Assembly (NCBI GenBank): GCA_047602405.1
Contig: JASGHJ010000002.1
Location: 224,001-288,000, forward strand
Direction of reading: 5' to 3'
DNA length: 64,000 nt
Origin: Anaeromyxobacteraceae bacterium
Lineage (GTDB): Bacteria > Myxococcota > Myxococcia > Myxococcales > Anaeromyxobacteraceae
Position numbers and translations under genes: made by a program. Of this stretch, positions 61,765 through 64,000 are shown piece after piece. The stretch's first letter is position 1. Each line of letters begins with the position of its first letter. The notes under the pieces were generated by a model. It was not told the DNA's origin and searched no databases. It saw nothing but the letters and a program-made list of their open reading frames with translations.

Positions 61765-63408
61765 GTGAACCGGCTCAAGGTGTGGATCTTCACGCTGCTC
61801 GTCGTGGCCGCCGGCGCCGCCGCGCTCCTGTCGCACGCGAGCGGGGAGAAGGCCGCGGCGCTCGCCGCCCTCGACGCCCGCCTCGCGGGCGCGGCCGCCC
61901 AGGCGGGCGTCGCGCTCCGCGCGAGCCTCCGCGAGACCGCCGGCGCCGCCGCGCTCGCCGCCCGCGATCCCGCGCTCCGCGCCGCGCTCGCGCCGCGCGC
62001 CGAGCCCGCCCCGCTGCCGCGTCGAGGGGTGAAGGCCCCGCCGCCGCCGCCGGTCGAGCCCGCCCAGGACGACGCCGCGCAGTCCGCGGCCGCCGCCGCG
62101 GCGCTGGAGGGCGCCGAGCGGGCGCTCGGCGCGCCGCTCTCCCCGGGCCGGACGATCTCCGCCGCGAACGCGGCGGCCCTCGCGCGCCGCCCGGTCGGCG
62201 GCGACGCCGACGCGCTCCTCCGTGGCGCCGTCGAGGGCACCGCGCGCGCGGCGTTCGCGCGCGCCGACGGCAAGCTCCTCGCCGCCGCGGGCGCCCCCGC
62301 GGGCGAGGCGGCCGGCGTGGTGGTGCTCGCGCCGGTCGGCGACGCGTGGGCGCGCGCCCTCTCGTCGACGGCGGGCGTCGAGGTCACCGTGGCGGGGACC
62401 GAGCTCAAGCCGGCGGGCAACGCCCCCCCCGCCGACGCGCAGGCGATCGTCGCCGCCGCCACGAGGGCGGGCGGGAAGCCCGTGGACGTCGGCGAGATGG
62501 GGAAGGTCGACGTGGTCGGCCGCGCGCTCCCCGTCGTGCTCCCGCGGCTCGGCCTCCTCGGCGGCGCCCCGGCGCACCGCGCCCTGGCGATCCCCGTCGA
62601 GGGGCTGAAGGGCGCGGCCCTCGTGCTCTCGGCGCAGGCCGGCCCGGCGCTCGCCGCGACCGCGGCGCTCCAGTGGCGCGGCCTCGCGCTCCTCGCCGGG
62701 CTGCTCCTCGTCGGCCTCGTCTTCGGCTTCCTCGTGAAGCCCTCCGAGATCGTCTCGGCCGTGCCGGAGCCGCTCCTGCAGGCCGCGGACAAGATCGAGC
62801 GCGGCGACTTCAGCGCCCGGGCCCCGCCCCTCGCCGGCAAGCTCGGCACCCTCGCGAACGCCCTCAACCGCGCGGCCCACGCCGCGGAGGGCGTCGGGCG
62901 CGAGCCGGCGGTCCCGGTCCCGGGCACCGCGACCCACGAGCTCTTCCAGGAGCCGCCCCCGCCGCCGGAGGCGGAGCCGTCCGCCTTCGACTTCCCGTCG
63001 CGCCCGCCGCGACAGAAGGCGGCCGAGCCGGGCCTGTCCGGCGATCCGTTTCAGGCCGCGCCGGTCCGCCCGGCCACCTCGCCGGGCTTCGAGGCTCCCG
63101 CGGCCGCCCCGGCGCCGCCGCCTCGCGCCGCCCCGCCGCCGATCCCGGACGCGAGGATGACCCGCACGATGCCGGCCGTCACCGGCCCGGACGACGAGTC
63201 CTCGCACTGGCAGCAGGTGTTCCAGGACTTCGTCCGCACCCGCGCCGAGTGCGGCGAGCCCTCCGAGGGGCTCACCTTCGAGCGCTTCCGCGCGAAGCTG
63301 GAGTCGAACAAGGCGACGCTGGTGGCGAAGTACCAGTGCCGGACCGTGCGATTCCAGGTCTACGTGAAGGAAGGCAAGGCGGCGCTGAAGGCGACGCCGG
63401 TCAGGTAG
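61765..63408 (+). CDS. MXAN_5187-family membrane protein
   Basis: TM-periplasmic-TM-HAMP-like, Pro-rich linker, C-terminal domain VFQDFV..CGE..LTFERF..C..VRFQVYVKEGKAALKA. Confidence 0.85.
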   Translation: MNRLKVWIFTLLVVAAGAAALLSHASGEKAAALAALDARLAGAAAQAGVALRASLRETAGAAALAARDPALRAALAPRAEPAPLPRRGVKAPPPPPVEPAQDDAAQSAAAAAALEGAERALGAPLSPGRTISAANAAALARRPVGGDADALLRGAVEGTARAAFARADGKLLAAAGAPAGEAAGVVVLAPVGDAWARALSSTAGVEVTVAGTELKPAGNAPPADAQAIVAAATRAGGKPVDVGEMGKVDVVGRALPVVLPRLGLLGGAPAHRALAIPVEGLKGAALVLSAQAGPALAATAALQWRGLALLAGLLLVGLVFGFLVKPSEIVSAVPEPLLQAADKIERGDFSARAPPLAGKLGTLANALNRAAHAAEGVGREPAVPVPGTATHELFQEPPPPPEAEPSAFDFPSRPPRQKAAEPGLSGDPFQAAPVRPATSPGFEAPAAAPAPPPRAAPPPIPDARMTRTMPAVTGPDDESSHWQQVFQDFVRTRAECGEPSEGLTFERFRAKLESNKATLVAKYQCRTVRFQVYVKEGKAALKATPVR

Positions 63409-63409
63409 A

Positions 63410-63484
63410 CGGACGGAGGCCGATTCGGAGACGGATCCGGATCCCGATCCGGATCCCGATCCGTTCCGGTCCCCGCTCCCGCTC
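63410..63484. repeat. Degenerate hexamer tract (CCGGAT/CCCGAT)n
   Basis: acggatccggatcccgatccggatcccgatccgttccggtccccgctcccgctc between convergent genes. Confidence 0.7.
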
Positions 63485-64000
63485 ACCCCGCCGCCGCCTG
63501 CTCCTCCGCGACCGGCAGGGTCAGCGTGAACGCCGCCCCGCCCGCCCGGCTCCGGTATTCCAGCGCCCCGCCGTGCTCCTCGGCGATTCTCCGCGCGATC
63601 GCGAGGCCCAGGCCGGTCCCGCCTTCCTTGGTCGTGAAGTACGGCTCGAACAGCTTCGGCAGATCCTCGGCCGGGACGCCCGGCCCCGTGTCGGCGACCG
63701 TGATCGCCACCTGGCCCTCGGCGAGGCCCTGCGCGGACACCGTGACCTCGCCGCCCCGGCTGCCCATCGCCTCGAGCGCGTTCCGGACGAGGTTCAGGAG
63801 GACCTGCAGGACCTGATCCCGGTCCGCGAGCACGCGCGGCAGGCCCGGCTCGACCTCGCGCCGCAGCGTCACGCCCGCGGGCGGCTCCGGGAAGAGCGCG
63901 AGGACCGCCTGCACGAGGTCCTCGGGCGACGCGGGCGCGCGCTCGGGCGGCGGCAGCCGGGCGAAGCGGCCGAACTCGTCGACGATCTTCTTGAGGCGCC
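63483..64000 (-). CDS. Sensor histidine kinase, C-terminal part (NtrY/NtrB-like; 5' end outside window)
   Basis: IVDEFGRFARLP, QVLLNLVRNA, DTGPG, FEPYFTTK, GTGLGL. Confidence 0.9.
   Translation of the reverse strand, partial: RLKKIVDEFGRFARLPPPERAPASPEDLVQAVLALFPEPPAGVTLRREVEPGLPRVLADRDQVLQVLLNLVRNALEAMGSRGGEVTVSAQGLAEGQVAITVADTGPGVPAEDLPKLFEPYFTTKEGGTGLGLAIARRIAEEHGGALEYRSRAGGAAFTLTLPVAEEQAAAG

Overview
Very GC-rich bacterial chromosome segment. Gene content points to Myxococcota, probably Anaeromyxobacter-like (inference): an MXAN_5187-type protein, a PilT paralogue, a multiheme cytochrome and a selenocysteine SelD. Most of the window is core housekeeping: acs, a peptidoglycan-recycling operon (ldcA-like, serine hydrolase, mpl), rplM-rpsI, pilT-recX-bamD, selD, rph-rdgB, five tRNAs, tig-clpP-clpX and lon, nadA. 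It also holds signalling genes and a porin plus 12-heme cytochrome pair. No transposase, integrase, reverse transcriptase or CRISPR array was seen. The most unusual features are non-coding. (1) A ~250-nt rod-like palindromic element with compensatory stem changes occurs in 2.5 copies between lon and an amidase; two copies bracket a low-GC foreign segment as direct repeats. (2) A ~70-bp REP-like family follows tRNA genes and is also inserted in-frame in a serine hydrolase. (3) A perfect 15-bp inverted repeat encloses tRNA-Arg and tRNA-His. (4) There are GATC-rich inverted hexamer tracts and a second REP-like family. Five genes carry single-base insertions, four of them at or beside GATC, most likely systematic sequencing errors. 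All coordinates and counts were read by hand; no database searches were run.
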